Assembly: GCA_002269645.1 (NCBI GenBank)
Contig: NIVC01004557.1
Span: 1-42,095, forward strand
Length of the DNA stretch: 42,095 bases
Origin: Macrostomum lignano
Lineage: Eukaryota
Reading direction: 5' to 3'
Position 1 is the stretch's first letter. Each line of letters opens with the position of its first letter. The translations under genes and the position numbers were made by a program. This document shows positions 1 to 22,035 of this stretch, one piece after another. The notes beneath the pieces are model-generated. The model saw only the letters and a list, made by a program, of their open reading frames with translations, ran no database searches and had not been told where the DNA came from.

Positions 1-263
1 TGTCGCATTTTTGTTAAAACTAAGTTGCATGGCCAACTAAAATTTGGAGGGTTGCACATGTATGATTATATATTAATAATTATTTTTATATTTAGAGCCT
101 TCATTTTTGGCCAATTTCAATTAGCAAAGCAAACCTATCAAAAGGACCTTACTTTGGCAAAATGAATATATAAAAAAGCTTTTATGTTTAATTTAATATG
201 GTTTTGTTTATGTTATTAACCAAGCTGATCCTAGTATAATAAAATTGTATATTTTAATTTATT

Positions 264-438
264 CAGTAGCAGATTAGATGGGGTGTACAGGGCATGCACC
301 CCCCATTTAGTAAGATTTTTTGATTTTTATATGGAAAAAACATATCATCATGTACATTTACTTGTACATGATATATAAATTTATATGGACCTCAGTAGTC
401 TGCACCCCCTCATTCAAAATTTTCTGGATCTGCTACTG
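264..438. mobile_element. hAT-type MITE (non-autonomous DNA transposon), CpG-eroded
   Basis: Terminal inverted repeats CAGTAGCAGAT (264) and ATCTGCTACTG (438). Flanking 8-mers AATTTATT (256-263) and AATTTATA (439-446) match 7/8, consistent with an 8-bp TSD. Internal GGGG...GCACCCCC motifs are typical of CAGTGGCGGATCC-type MITEs. Confidence 0.7.
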
Positions 439-617
439 AATTTATAATAAATTAAATCTATTAATAATAATTTCATTTTTGTTAAAATTCAAGACTGCTT
501 CAAAAGTTAACATAGGAATAGTATATCAAATTAAACAATGCTTTCTATTTTTTTTATTATAATATTATATATATATAATCTCAAAAACTTAATTTTGTTT
601 TTGTCTTCTTTTTGCAG

Positions 618-964
618 TTGTTTTGCCTTGTATTATCATTTCAAAAAGGCAAAAAAACATCCTATGTTTGCTGCCAGCCTTCATCAGTTAAGAAGAGCTT
701 CAAAATTATTTGTTCCAATGGCTTCAAAGCATCTCAATCTGGATTTAAATTTGATGCATCTATTGCTATTCCAAAACAAAATTTTAACTATTTTTTAGTC
801 TTGACTTTGAAGCAACATGCCAAGAGGGTCCTAAAATCTTTCCTCAAGAGATTATTGAATTTCCTGTGCTCAAGGTGAATGCACAAACACTTGCTACTGA
901 GGCCACATTTCATAAGTATGTGCAGCCTAGGGTGCACAAAGAGCTCACTAGTTTCTGCACTAAG
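618..964 (+). CDS. ERI3: ERI3 exon (ExoI DFEATC motif; frameshift near 799-803)
   Basis: Acceptor TTTGCAG at 617, donor AAG|GTATT at 965. 803-964 is 54 open codons, DFEATC...FCTK. Confidence 0.75.
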
Positions 965-2407
965 GTATTATTTTTTGCATTGCTTTCATTGCATCATCAT
1001 GCTTTATCAATAGAGAAATCACTGCAATGACATTCCATCTATTTTTTATTAGCTTACTGGCATCATTTAAGAGATGGTAGACAATCAGCCACATTTGGAA
1101 GAGGTGCTTCAGGTGAGAGATTATTTTTCACCTTTAACTAGGTAAAGTATATAATCAATTGGTTTTTACATATTGCAGGACTTTCACAACTGGATGCAAC
1201 AGGAAGGCCTGTTAGACCAAAGCACTGCATCAGCATTTGTCACTTGCGGCGACTGGGATCTCAATGTGATGTGGGTGAACTTCTCTTTCTTCTTTCTGCC
1301 AAACTTCAAACCCCGATTCTCTTCCCCTGACCACCTACCCCCATCCTGATTCACTGCCCCTGATCCCCACCCACCCCCGATTCTCTGCCCCTGATCCCCC
1401 ACCCCACCCCGATTCTCTGTCCCTGATCCCCCCACCCCACCCCGATTCTCTGCCCCTGACCGCCTACCCCACTCTCGATTCTCTGCCCCTGACCGCCTAC
1501 CCCACTCTCGATTCTCTGCCCTGACCGCCCACCCACCCCCGATTCTCTGCCCCTGACCGCCCACCCACTCTCGATTATCTGCCCCTGACCGCCTACCCCA
1601 CTCTCGATTCTCTGCCCCTGACCGCCCACCCACTCCCGATTCTCTGCCCCTGATCCCCACCCACCCCCCCCGATTCTCTGCCCCTGACCGCCCACCCCAC
1701 CCCCGATTCTCTGCCCTGACCGCCCACCCACTCTCGATTATCTGCCCCTGACCCCCACCCCGATTCTCTGCCCCTGATCCCCACCCCACCCCGATTCTCT
1801 GCCCCTGACCCCCCACCCTCGATTCTCTGCCCCTGATCCCCCACCCCACCCCCGATTCTCTGCCCCTGATCCCCACACCACCCCCGATTCTCTGCCCCTG
1901 ACCGCCCACCCCACCCCTGATTCTCTGCCTCTTACCAGCCAACCCATCCACCCCCCAGCCAACCCTAAATCTGCCCGCTCAACCCTGCCCTTCGCTTACC
2001 CCATGCCATAATCACACAGGTTTGCTTAAACACCGTCGCCAACTGATCGCAAGGCCAGTATTAATTAAGGCAGTCTGACACCACTCATCACTCTCTTCTT
2101 TCTATTTGAAAGGCTGCCCAGCCAGTGCGCGCATTTCGGCATCCCCCTGCCGCTGTACATGACCCGCTGGATCAACATCAAGCGCGTGTTCAGCGACGTT
2201 ATGGGCCGCTACCCGCGCCAGGACTTGATGGAGATGCTGCGCCTGCTCAACCTTGCCCACCAGGGCCGGCATCATTCTGGCATTGACGATGTGCGCAATA
2301 TTGCCAACATTTTGGGCGAGCTCGTCATCAGAGGCGCTGCGCCCAGCATTACTGGGGAATTCCGACCGCGGCCGGGCCAGTTTAAGGAACAAGCAGGCAG
2401 CAGCTGA
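618..2407 (+). CDS. ERI3: ERI3-like (ERI1 family) DEDDh 3'-5' exoribonuclease, spliced; disrupted as written (1-bp frameshift ~799-803, in-frame TAA 1068-1070)
   Basis: join(618?-964,1053-1112,1179-1270,2113-2407). Reads PKQNFNYFLVL/DFEATC..PQEIIEFPVLK..FHKYVQP..LTSFCTK|LTGII*EMVDNQP..|..FVTCGDWDLNVM|LPSQC..WINIKR..GRHHSGIDDVRNIANI. This is collinear with the ERI3 ExoI/II/III motifs. GT-AG junctions are phase-consistent. The 5' end is uncertain. Confidence 0.88.
1053..1112 (+). CDS. ERI3: ERI3 exon with in-frame TAA
   Basis: LTGII*EMVDNQPHLEEVLQ; AG at 1051-1052, GTGAG at 1113. Confidence 0.8.
1179..1270 (+). CDS. ERI3: ERI3 exon (ExoII, TCGDWD)
   Basis: DFHNWMQQEGLLDQSTASAFVTCGDWDLNV; AG at 1177-1178, GT at 1271 (phase 2). 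Confidence 0.85.
1311..1950. repeat. C-rich minisatellite (~30-33 bp, CGATTCTCTGCCCCTGA-CCGCCCACCCAC) in ERI3 intron
   Basis: Directly visible tandem units; source of the low-complexity G/R/W ORFs on the minus strand. Confidence 0.95.
2113..2407 (+). CDS. ERI3: ERI3 terminal exon (ExoIII HSGIDD)
   Basis: LPSQCAHFGIPLPLYMTRWINIKRVF...GRHHSGIDDVRNIANIL...*; AG at 2111-2112, TGA at 2405-2407. Confidence 0.92.
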
Positions 2408-2429
2408 TTGACTTGCATCTGCAAATTTA

Positions 2430-3050
2430 GTTCTGCCCCACCCACCCTAACCTCTGCTTCTCTGCCCCGCCCACGCACCTCATCCTCCGCTTCTCTGTCC
2501 CTGGACACACACCCCATCCTCCGCTTCTCTGTCCCTGGCCACCCACCCCATCCTCCGCATCTCGGCCCTGGACACCCACCCCATCCTCCGCTTCTCTGTC
2601 CCTGGCCACCCACCCCATCCTCCGCTTCTCGGCCCCTGGACACCCACCCCATCCTCCGCTTCTCTGTCCTTGGCCACCCACCCCATCCTCCACTTCTTTT
2701 CCTCCGCATGCCCACCCCATCCTCCAATTCTTATTTTTCCATGGCCACCCACCCCATCCTCCGCTTCTCGGCCCCTGGACACCCACCCCATCCTCCGCTT
2801 CTCTGTCCCTGGCCACCCACCCCATTCTCCGCTTCTCTATCCTTGGCCACCCACCCCATCCTCCGCTTCTCTGTCCCTGGCCACCCACCCATTCTCCGCT
2901 TCTCTGTCCCTGGCCACCCACCCCATCCTCCGCTTCTCTGTCCCTGGCCACCCACCCCATCCTCCGCTTCTCTGTCCTTGGCCACCCACCCATCCTCCAC
3001 TTCTTTTCCTCCGCATGCCCACCCCATCCTCCAATTCTTATTTTTCTGGT
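2430..3050. repeat. C-rich minisatellite (~33 bp, CGCTTCTCTGTCCCTGGCCACCCACCCCATCCTC) between convergent ERI3 and lipin 3' ends
   Basis: Visible tandem units with an internal ~300-bp higher-order duplication. Confidence 0.95.
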
Positions 3051-3130
3051 TCCGAAGTTTTTAAGAAATCTAAGACTCATGATCACATGAAACTTGCTGT
3101 AACAAAAGTGTGTACATATTTTTTGATTAA

Positions 3131-3136
3131 AATAAA
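3131..3136 (+). terminator. Candidate ERI3 polyadenylation signal AATAAA
   Basis: First AATAAA on + after the ERI3 stop, followed by T-rich sequence; position-based inference only. Confidence 0.35.
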
Positions 3137-3336
3137 AAGTCCAAGCTCTTTGCTTTCCAAACTGAATCGGATTGTTTAGTTTAGCTAATTGAATAAGCAA
3201 TAGTTCTGAGTTGAATTCATAAAGTATGAAAGTGCAGTAGAAGTTGATTCGGTACAAAAATATTAGTCAGCTGCTGTACAGGTGAAAGTACATATTAAAT
3301 GCTGGCACACAGGTCAAAGGAGGCATTTGCGCTCCC

Positions 3337-3774
3337 TCAGCTTAACTGCAAGAAATTCACTTCGCTCAGGCTAACGGCGTGTACAGTTGATGAAGAGCGG
3401 CGGCCGGGACTGGATCCAGCTTCCTCCTCATCCTTCATGTCTGCATTTGCATCCCCATCTTGACTGGGACTCAGAGGATTTGTTACTTGATTTGGAGAAT
3501 CCACGGGACTGTCGGGTTTCCACTTTGGGAACACGTGATCGACAATGTCCATCAGCGCTCTGTAGCTGGGGGCCCATCCGCAGCCGTCCATCTGGTAGCA
3601 ACCGCCGCGGAGCAGCTCGCCGCGCGAATTGACGGTGAAGCAGCGCTCCAGCGGGATGCCGACCTTCGCGTAGGTGTCGGCGTCCGTCGGACGGTTGCCG
3701 AAGCCCGCCCAGAACGGGCCGCCGATTTTGTGCGCGGTCTGGAACAACGCGCGAATGTCGCGCAGGCAGGGGAT
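3337..3774 (-). CDS. LPIN: Lipin terminal exon
   Basis: [32 protein letters not shown]; acceptor at 3775-3776, stop at 3337-3339. Confidence 0.9.
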   Translation of the reverse strand: MPCLRDIRALFQTAHKIGGPFWAGFGNRPTDADTYAKVGIPLERCFTVNSRGELLRGGCYQMDGCGWAPSYRALMDIVDHVFPKWKPDSPVDSPNQVTNPLSPSQDGDANADMKDEEEAGSSPGRRSSSTVHAVSLSEVNFLQLS

Positions 3775-5212
3775 CTGGCAGGGTGGATTTGGGAGTGGAT
3801 AAGTTCTTCACAACTGACACGTGATTTACCAGTACCTGGATTGCATTCAATTAATTTACAACCTAAATCTCCGTTCCAATAATAACTTAAGTGGATGGGA
3901 AACCTCGTTTCTTAGAAAACAGTTTGCCAGTTTTCATTTTGCGGCACCAAAAATTGCGATAAAGTTATGCCGTTAATCGTGGCTGCAGTCCTGGTACTAG
4001 TAGTACAAACCATACACTAACCTTGAAATCTTGCGGCCGCCGCGCGATCACCTCCCTGTGTAGGGCGGCCAGCAGGGAATCTGGTGAGAGCAACACTGGG
4101 CCGCCCGGCAGTCCGGCTCCCTCCTGGCTGATGCGGTCCAGAAACCTCCTGGTGGCCTCGGACTGCCCGAGTCCCCGTGAGGACAGGTAGAGGAACCTGT
4201 AGCCGTTGCCGCCCACCGCGGAGAACAGGCTGGTCACCGTGGGCTGAATCCAGTCCTGGCCCACTATGGGCAGCAGCTGACCGAGCAGATCCGACCGCGT
4301 GATGGTGCCGTCAATGTCGGACACAACTATCCGATCGTCGTGACGCCACAGGTGCACCTCGCACAGACAGCTGGCCGTGCCCTGGTACTTTGTAGTCACG
4401 TCGTAGCGAAGCTTGTTGACGCCCGGTTGGAGGTGCAACAGCCGCAGCTGGTCCGAGCTGAGTCGGATACTCATGTCCCTGCTTTTGCTGGCCGGGGCTA
4501 ATTAACAAATTTGGTTAAAAATTGGGCTTTTTGAGTTCTAGTGAAATTCACTTTACCTGCAGCACATATTCATATTTCAGAGGAAATTTCGGACAATTAG
4601 AGGTTTCAGTGGAGGGCAATTAGCTAGAGGTGTCAGTGGAGGGCAATTAGCTAGAGGTTTCAGTGGAGGGCAATTTGCCAGGGTGTCAGTGGAGGGCAAT
4701 TAGCCAGGGGTGTCAGTGGAGGGCAATTAGCTAGGGGTGTCAGTGAGCCACTCACCGCCGTCGCCTTCACTGGAGGCCAGCGACGAACTCGACGCCGTAG
4801 TTTTCAGTCGCATCGACAAAGCCGACGACGAGGCTGCGGCGGAAGCGGCAGCGTCCGACGCCGCAGCGGAGGACTTCTTTGGCAGGTGGCCCAGCGCCAG
4901 ACGGACCACTTTGAGCTGACCGAGTTGGCGGCTCCTTCGCTTGCCGACGTCTCCGGCTCGCTGAGGTGGCCGGAATCGATCTGCTGGTCTGATACGGCGG
5001 CCTCGGCCGGAACGTCCACCCAGTCGTCGAATCCGGCGCCCACAGCCGCCTGATGCGGCGGAAGCGGCAGCGGCTCGCCGCAGAAAATCACTTCGCCTGC
5101 GGGACCCAGCCGGGCCGCGAGTCCGGTGACTGGCGACTCGTTGACGAAAATTTCCACCTTTGCAGTTTGGGAAGGGGTTGGGGGAGGCGCGTTGTGGGAG
5201 GAAGCACAGGAA

Positions 5213-5287
<75 letters not shown>

Positions 5288-5730
5288 CCTCTGTGTGTGT
5301 GTCTGTCTTAGTGTCTGTCTGTCTGTCTGTCTCTGTGTGTGTGTCTGTCTGTCTGTCTTAGTGTCTGTCTGTCTGTCTGTCCCTCTGTGTGTGTGTCTGT
5401 CTGTCTGTCTGTCTGTCTGGCTGTCTGTCTGTCCGTCTGTGTGTGTGTCTGTCTGTCTGTCTGTCTGACTGTCTGTCTGTCTGTCTGTCTGTCCGTCTCT
5501 TAATTATCAATTTTAGCCTGTCCACGCCTCTCTAATTGTCTACCTGTCCATCAGCCTCACCGCATTGTCCCTCGGCCGCAGGACTCCCCGCTTGCCGAAC
5601 CGAGCATGAAACGGGCTGCCAATGAGGCTGCCGTCCGGCTGCTCAACCACCAGCACGTCGATGGCCCGGAGAGGGTGCTGGGGTTCCAGTAGCCGCCAAC
5701 GTGGCCGAGCAGCTGACTGACCAAATTCAT
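3337..5730 (-). CDS. LPIN: Lipin (Mg2+-dependent phosphatidate phosphatase, N-LIP + LNS2/HAD domain), ~496 aa, 4 exons, two apparent 1-bp deletions
   Basis: complement(join(3337-3774,4022-4497,4756-5157,5561-5730)). N-LIP: [41 protein letters not shown]..|[19 protein letters not shown]: [30 protein letters not shown] (HAD DxDxT)..[16 protein letters not shown]. Confidence 0.93.
4022..4497 (-). CDS. LPIN: Lipin exon 3 (catalytic DIDGT)
   Basis: [17 protein letters not shown]; acceptor TTAG at 4498, donor AAG|GTTAG at 4021. Confidence 0.95.
4594..4747. repeat. 27-bp minisatellite (GTCAGTGGAGGGCAATTAGCTAGAGGT) in lipin intron 2
   Basis: About 5-6 visible copies abutting the donor site. Confidence 0.9.
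4756..5157 (-). CDS. LPIN: Lipin exon 2 (end of N-LIP, linker); frameshift near 4890
   Basis: [32 protein letters not shown]; 402 nt where the splice phases require 3n+1. Confidence 0.8.
5213..5500. repeat. (TCTG)n / (TG)n microsatellite in lipin intron 1
   Basis: Direct reading. Confidence 0.98.
5561..5730 (-). CDS. LPIN: Lipin exon 1 (N-LIP start); frameshift near 5665
   Basis: ATG at 5730; [19 protein letters not shown]|GTGAG; 170 nt where phase 0 requires 3n. Confidence 0.85.
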
Positions 5731-7052
5731 TAATAATGAACAGAGAAAATTCTCACTGTTGATCTCGCAGCAGTTGTAGAAGAAAAAATCGAGCAGATTT
5801 TTTCTCCAAGGTTGTGCGCTGCAATTTTGCAGATCGCCCGCCCTCTGACTGACTGAATGCTTTTAGCAGTACAGCCCCAGCCCCTGCCCCTGCACACTCG
5901 GGATGAACGGGGCAGACAGGCAGACAGACAGTTTGCTAAGGCCACCGACCACTTCTCCACTCAACCGCTCAGTCAACTTGCACTATAGTTGTACACTCTG
6001 GTTCAGTGTACATTTCACTCTGTAGTGAAGCGTGCCCCAGTATGTTTTGCATTATTCCCTGTAGCTCATTGGGTCGGTAGTGAGCTGTTTTTAAGTGTCG
6101 CCTGCCCTTACTGGAAGGTTTTGTTGAGAGCAAGAAGAATGCGCACTCGCTATTTGTCCGTACAGGTAATTGGCAGGAAAGATGAGGCAGAGTTCCAGCT
6201 TTTGTAGCTTACTTTTGTAGTTCTTGAGGGACTTCTCATGTTCTCATGATTAATAAGTAACTAATCATGTCATCATTCTATCTGGGCTAGTTGTCCTTGA
6301 TCAATTTTGATGCTACTTCGATGTTTATTTATATTATTAGAGGCAAAAGCTGTTTTGTCATTGCTGTGTTTTCGACATTGTAAAGCAACCGGCGAAGGCA
6401 TTGCCATCCCGCCGACTCCCCTGAGCAGGCACGCACAAGCGCGCGGATACGTACGCAGTCATACGCACAAGCACACACTCACACAGGAGTGTACAGCGGC
6501 CCTGACTTTACTTATCGTTAGGCATGTACGAGTACACCTCAGTGCCTTGGGGGCCCAAGCAGATTTCAATTCGGCCCCAATTAATATGACTGCACACAGG
6601 AATCGACCCTGGGCCGCTGGCACATCAGAGCGCCCAGGCTAGACGACTCAATATTGATTGATGCTACTGACGACATCAGGAACAACTAAAATCATGGTTG
6701 CTGATGTGAATAGGAAAAGAACTAAGAGTACTTTATACAGTAACATTAGTCCCAAGCTTAAAAGTACATGCGACTGAAATAAACAAAACTACAAAGACTC
6801 AATCATATATAATATATAATTATATTGCAAGGACAAGGGCCAGCAATGGTAAATTAACTGTAGACTTTCAAATAAACCGGTTCATACTGAACCTACTATT
6901 AGTAAGCTAATGCTTAAATGCTTTGTATTTTATTAAATTAGACACAAAAATCATAATTTAAGCAGAATTTGAAAACTGCAGTTTGATAATTAGCAAGGTG
7001 AAATTCGTTAAGCTGTGAGCCGTCTTGATGACTTTAGAAAACCTTCAGTTCT

Positions 7053-7530
7053 ATAACAGCATAGATTACAGCATCCATAACAGCATAGATTACAGCATCC
7101 ATAACAGCATAGATTACAGCATCCATAACAGCATCTATTACAGCATCCATAACAGCATCTATTACAGCATCCATAACAGCATGGATTACAGCATAGATTA
7201 CAGCATCCATAGCAGCATCTGTTACAGCATCCATAAGATTACAGCATAGATTACAGCATCCATAAGATTACAGCATAGATTACAGCATCCATAATATTAC
7301 GGCATAGATTACAGCATAGATTACAGCATCCATAAGATTACGGCATAGATTACAGCATAGATTACAGCATCCATAAGATTACAGCATCCATAAGATTACA
7401 GCATAGATTACAGCATCCATAAGATTACAGCATCCATAAGATTACAGCATAGATTACAGCATAGATTACAGCATCCATAACAGCGTAGATTACAGCATCC
7501 ATAAGACTACAGCATGGACTACAGCACTAG
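7053..7530. repeat. 12-13 bp tandem repeat (ACAGCATAGATT/ACAGCATCCATA) just 3' of the ATR stop
   Basis: Direct reading. Confidence 0.95.
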
Positions 7531-7557
7531 CAACAGCAGCAGCCGCCATTCCGGCAG

Positions 7558-19851
<12,294 letters not shown>

Positions 19852-19974
19852 CTGAATTGTTGGAGCGAATTTTCGAATATTGCTACTGGAAGTAGGTGAA
19901 GCGATTATTCAAAATAAATCAATCAATTTTGCTGTAAAAATTCCACTAGTTTTTTGAGATGAAAATATAAATTA

Positions 19975-20500
19975 GCGCCACTCAATATAAGTTGGCGCCT
20001 CTCAATTCAAGTTGGCGTCTGTCAATTTACGACGGCGCCTCTCAATTAAAGTTGGTGCCTCTCAACTCGAGTTGGCACCCTCTCAATTCAAGTTGGCGCC
20101 TCTCAATATAATTTGGCGCCTCTCAATTCACTTTGGCGCCTTTAAATTCACGTTGGCGCCTCTCAATATAAGTTGGTGCCTGTCAATTAACGTTGGCGCC
20201 TCGCAATTCAATTTGGCGCCTCTCAATATAATTTGGCGCCTCTCAATTCACTTTGGCGCCTTTAAATTCACGTTGGCGCCTCTCAATATAAGTTGGTGCC
20301 TGTCAATTAACGTTGGCACCTCTCAATATAAGTTGGCGCCTCTCAATTTACGTTGGCGCCTTTAAATTTACGTTGGCGCCTCTCAATATAATTTGGCGCC
20401 TCTCAATGCAAATTGGCGTCTCTCAATGCAAATTGGCGTCTCTCAATGCAAATTGGCGTCTCTCAATGCAAATTGGCGTCTCTCAATATACGTTGGCGCC
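19975..20500. repeat. 20-bp minisatellite (TTGGCGCCTCTCAATATAAG) with a 120-bp higher-order duplication
   Basis: Direct reading; 20101-20207 recurs at 20221-20327. Confidence 0.93.
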
Positions 20501-21731
20501 ATTCAATAAAGGTTACCACACAGGTAAAAAGGCGGCAAGGCCTCACTGTTACCCCGGCCCCACTGTATTTCTGCAGGGAGGCGCTAAGTTTGGCGCCTCC
20601 GTTCTTCAAGTTGAATTGGCGCCAATTCTTGGAATGCGCCGACACTGACGCCAAAGCCGCTCCCGAATGCGCATCGCCTTTAATGGGCCAGTGACGATTT
20701 GAAGTCGCTCGAGCCGCCTATTTCACCACGATAATTAACTCAAAAAGCAACCTCTTCACTAAAATGCAAAGCCACCTGAAATTTTCAAAGAGAAAAAAGA
20801 CAGAAAACTCAGCAGAAGAAAAACAGACACCTGCTTTCGCAATTATGCGCGTGAATTTTCCAAATCAGATGATTCGGGGGGATAAATTACATGCTATTTA
20901 ACCTCGAGCAAACTCACTCTACGGGGCTGTTAAGAAATAATACCCTGCTTGGCTAAAATGAGAGATCAAGCTCAAGCTACCCACCCAGCTGCTGCAACAG
21001 GCAGAGTTTCAGGCAAAATGTCGCTCTCAGCTAAATAAAGAGCAGATGGGGCCACTTACACACCCGTAATTAATCCCTTCCAGCTCGGCCTCGTTAGAAG
21101 CCCTCCCTCTCTTCCTCTCTCTCTCTCTCTAAGCTCGCATTATGATGCTCTCACTTTCTTGCTCCAGGGCACACGGGGCGGAGCGCGGCCTGGAGAATTT
21201 CAGGCTGATGCAACATCGAGCCTGCGGGGCGAGGGCAGACGGAGCTCCTCTACATATACGCTCGTATATAATGGAGGCCATTAATGGAGACCTTCGGTCA
21301 AAACCAATTGACCGGCCTGACAAGTAACTGGACAGGACATTCTGCCGGGGCCAGAGTCTCTCTATGTTTGTTATGCACCTCTGGATTGAGTTAGCCGGCT
21401 CGCGAATATTATGATGCAGACCATGCGGGCTGCGGGCGTGTAGGATTGCTCATAACTTGGCATCAGCAGCAGACGGTAGCAATAAGCCGGACTGATTGGG
21501 TCAAACCGCTCAAATTTCTGTCAAAGCTTGCAGCCCGGTTTGCGCCTCCTGGACAACCATAAATATGGAGGCTGACATTATTGAATTCGTTTCAACTAAT
21601 TACATAATAAACTAACTTCTCTCTGAAATTCTCTAAAAGCAAACAGTTCACTCACTCTTTAGCGAGTGAAGCTCGTGTTCCATTGAAGGGATTGGGCTGA
21701 ATCTGTACAAGTGCGCGTTCCATGAGCAGGC

Positions 21732-22035
21732 ACAAGAGCGCATTGACAGAAGCGCGCGCAGAGTCACAAGAGCGCATTGACAGAAGCGCGCGCAGAGTCA
21801 CAAGAGCGCATTGACAGAAGCGCGCGCAGAGTCACAAGAGCGCATTGACAGAAGCGCGCGCAGAGTCACAAGAGCGCATTGACAGAAGCGCGCGCAGAGT
21901 CACAACAGCGCATTGACAGAAGCGCGCGCAGAGTCACAACAGCGCATTGACAGAAGCGCGCGCAGAATCACAAGAGCGTATTGACAGAAGCGCGCGCAGA
22001 GTCACAAGAGCGCAGTGACAGAAGCGCGCGCTGCC
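21732..22035. repeat. 34-bp tandem repeat (ACAAGAGCGCATTGACAGAAGCGCGCGCAGAGTC)
   Basis: About 9 head-to-tail copies with no spacers. Confidence 0.95.

Noticed and set aside
783-798. TTTAAC...TTTTTTAG as a splice acceptor explaining the ERI3 frameshift
   Set aside because: The upstream frame encodes PKQNFNYFLVL, matching the conserved PxQxxxYFLVLD motif, so this is coding sequence with a 1-bp loss. It is not fully excluded without RNA data.
1068-1070. TAA read as Gln (alternative genetic code)
   Set aside because: A single instance; the other genes and the retroelement use standard Gln codons and standard stops, including TAA/TAG-type termination of ATR.
1184-3257. Long G/R/W- or P/H-rich ORFs in the ORF track
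   Set aside because: They are translations of C-rich minisatellites open in several frames, with no domain or splice support.
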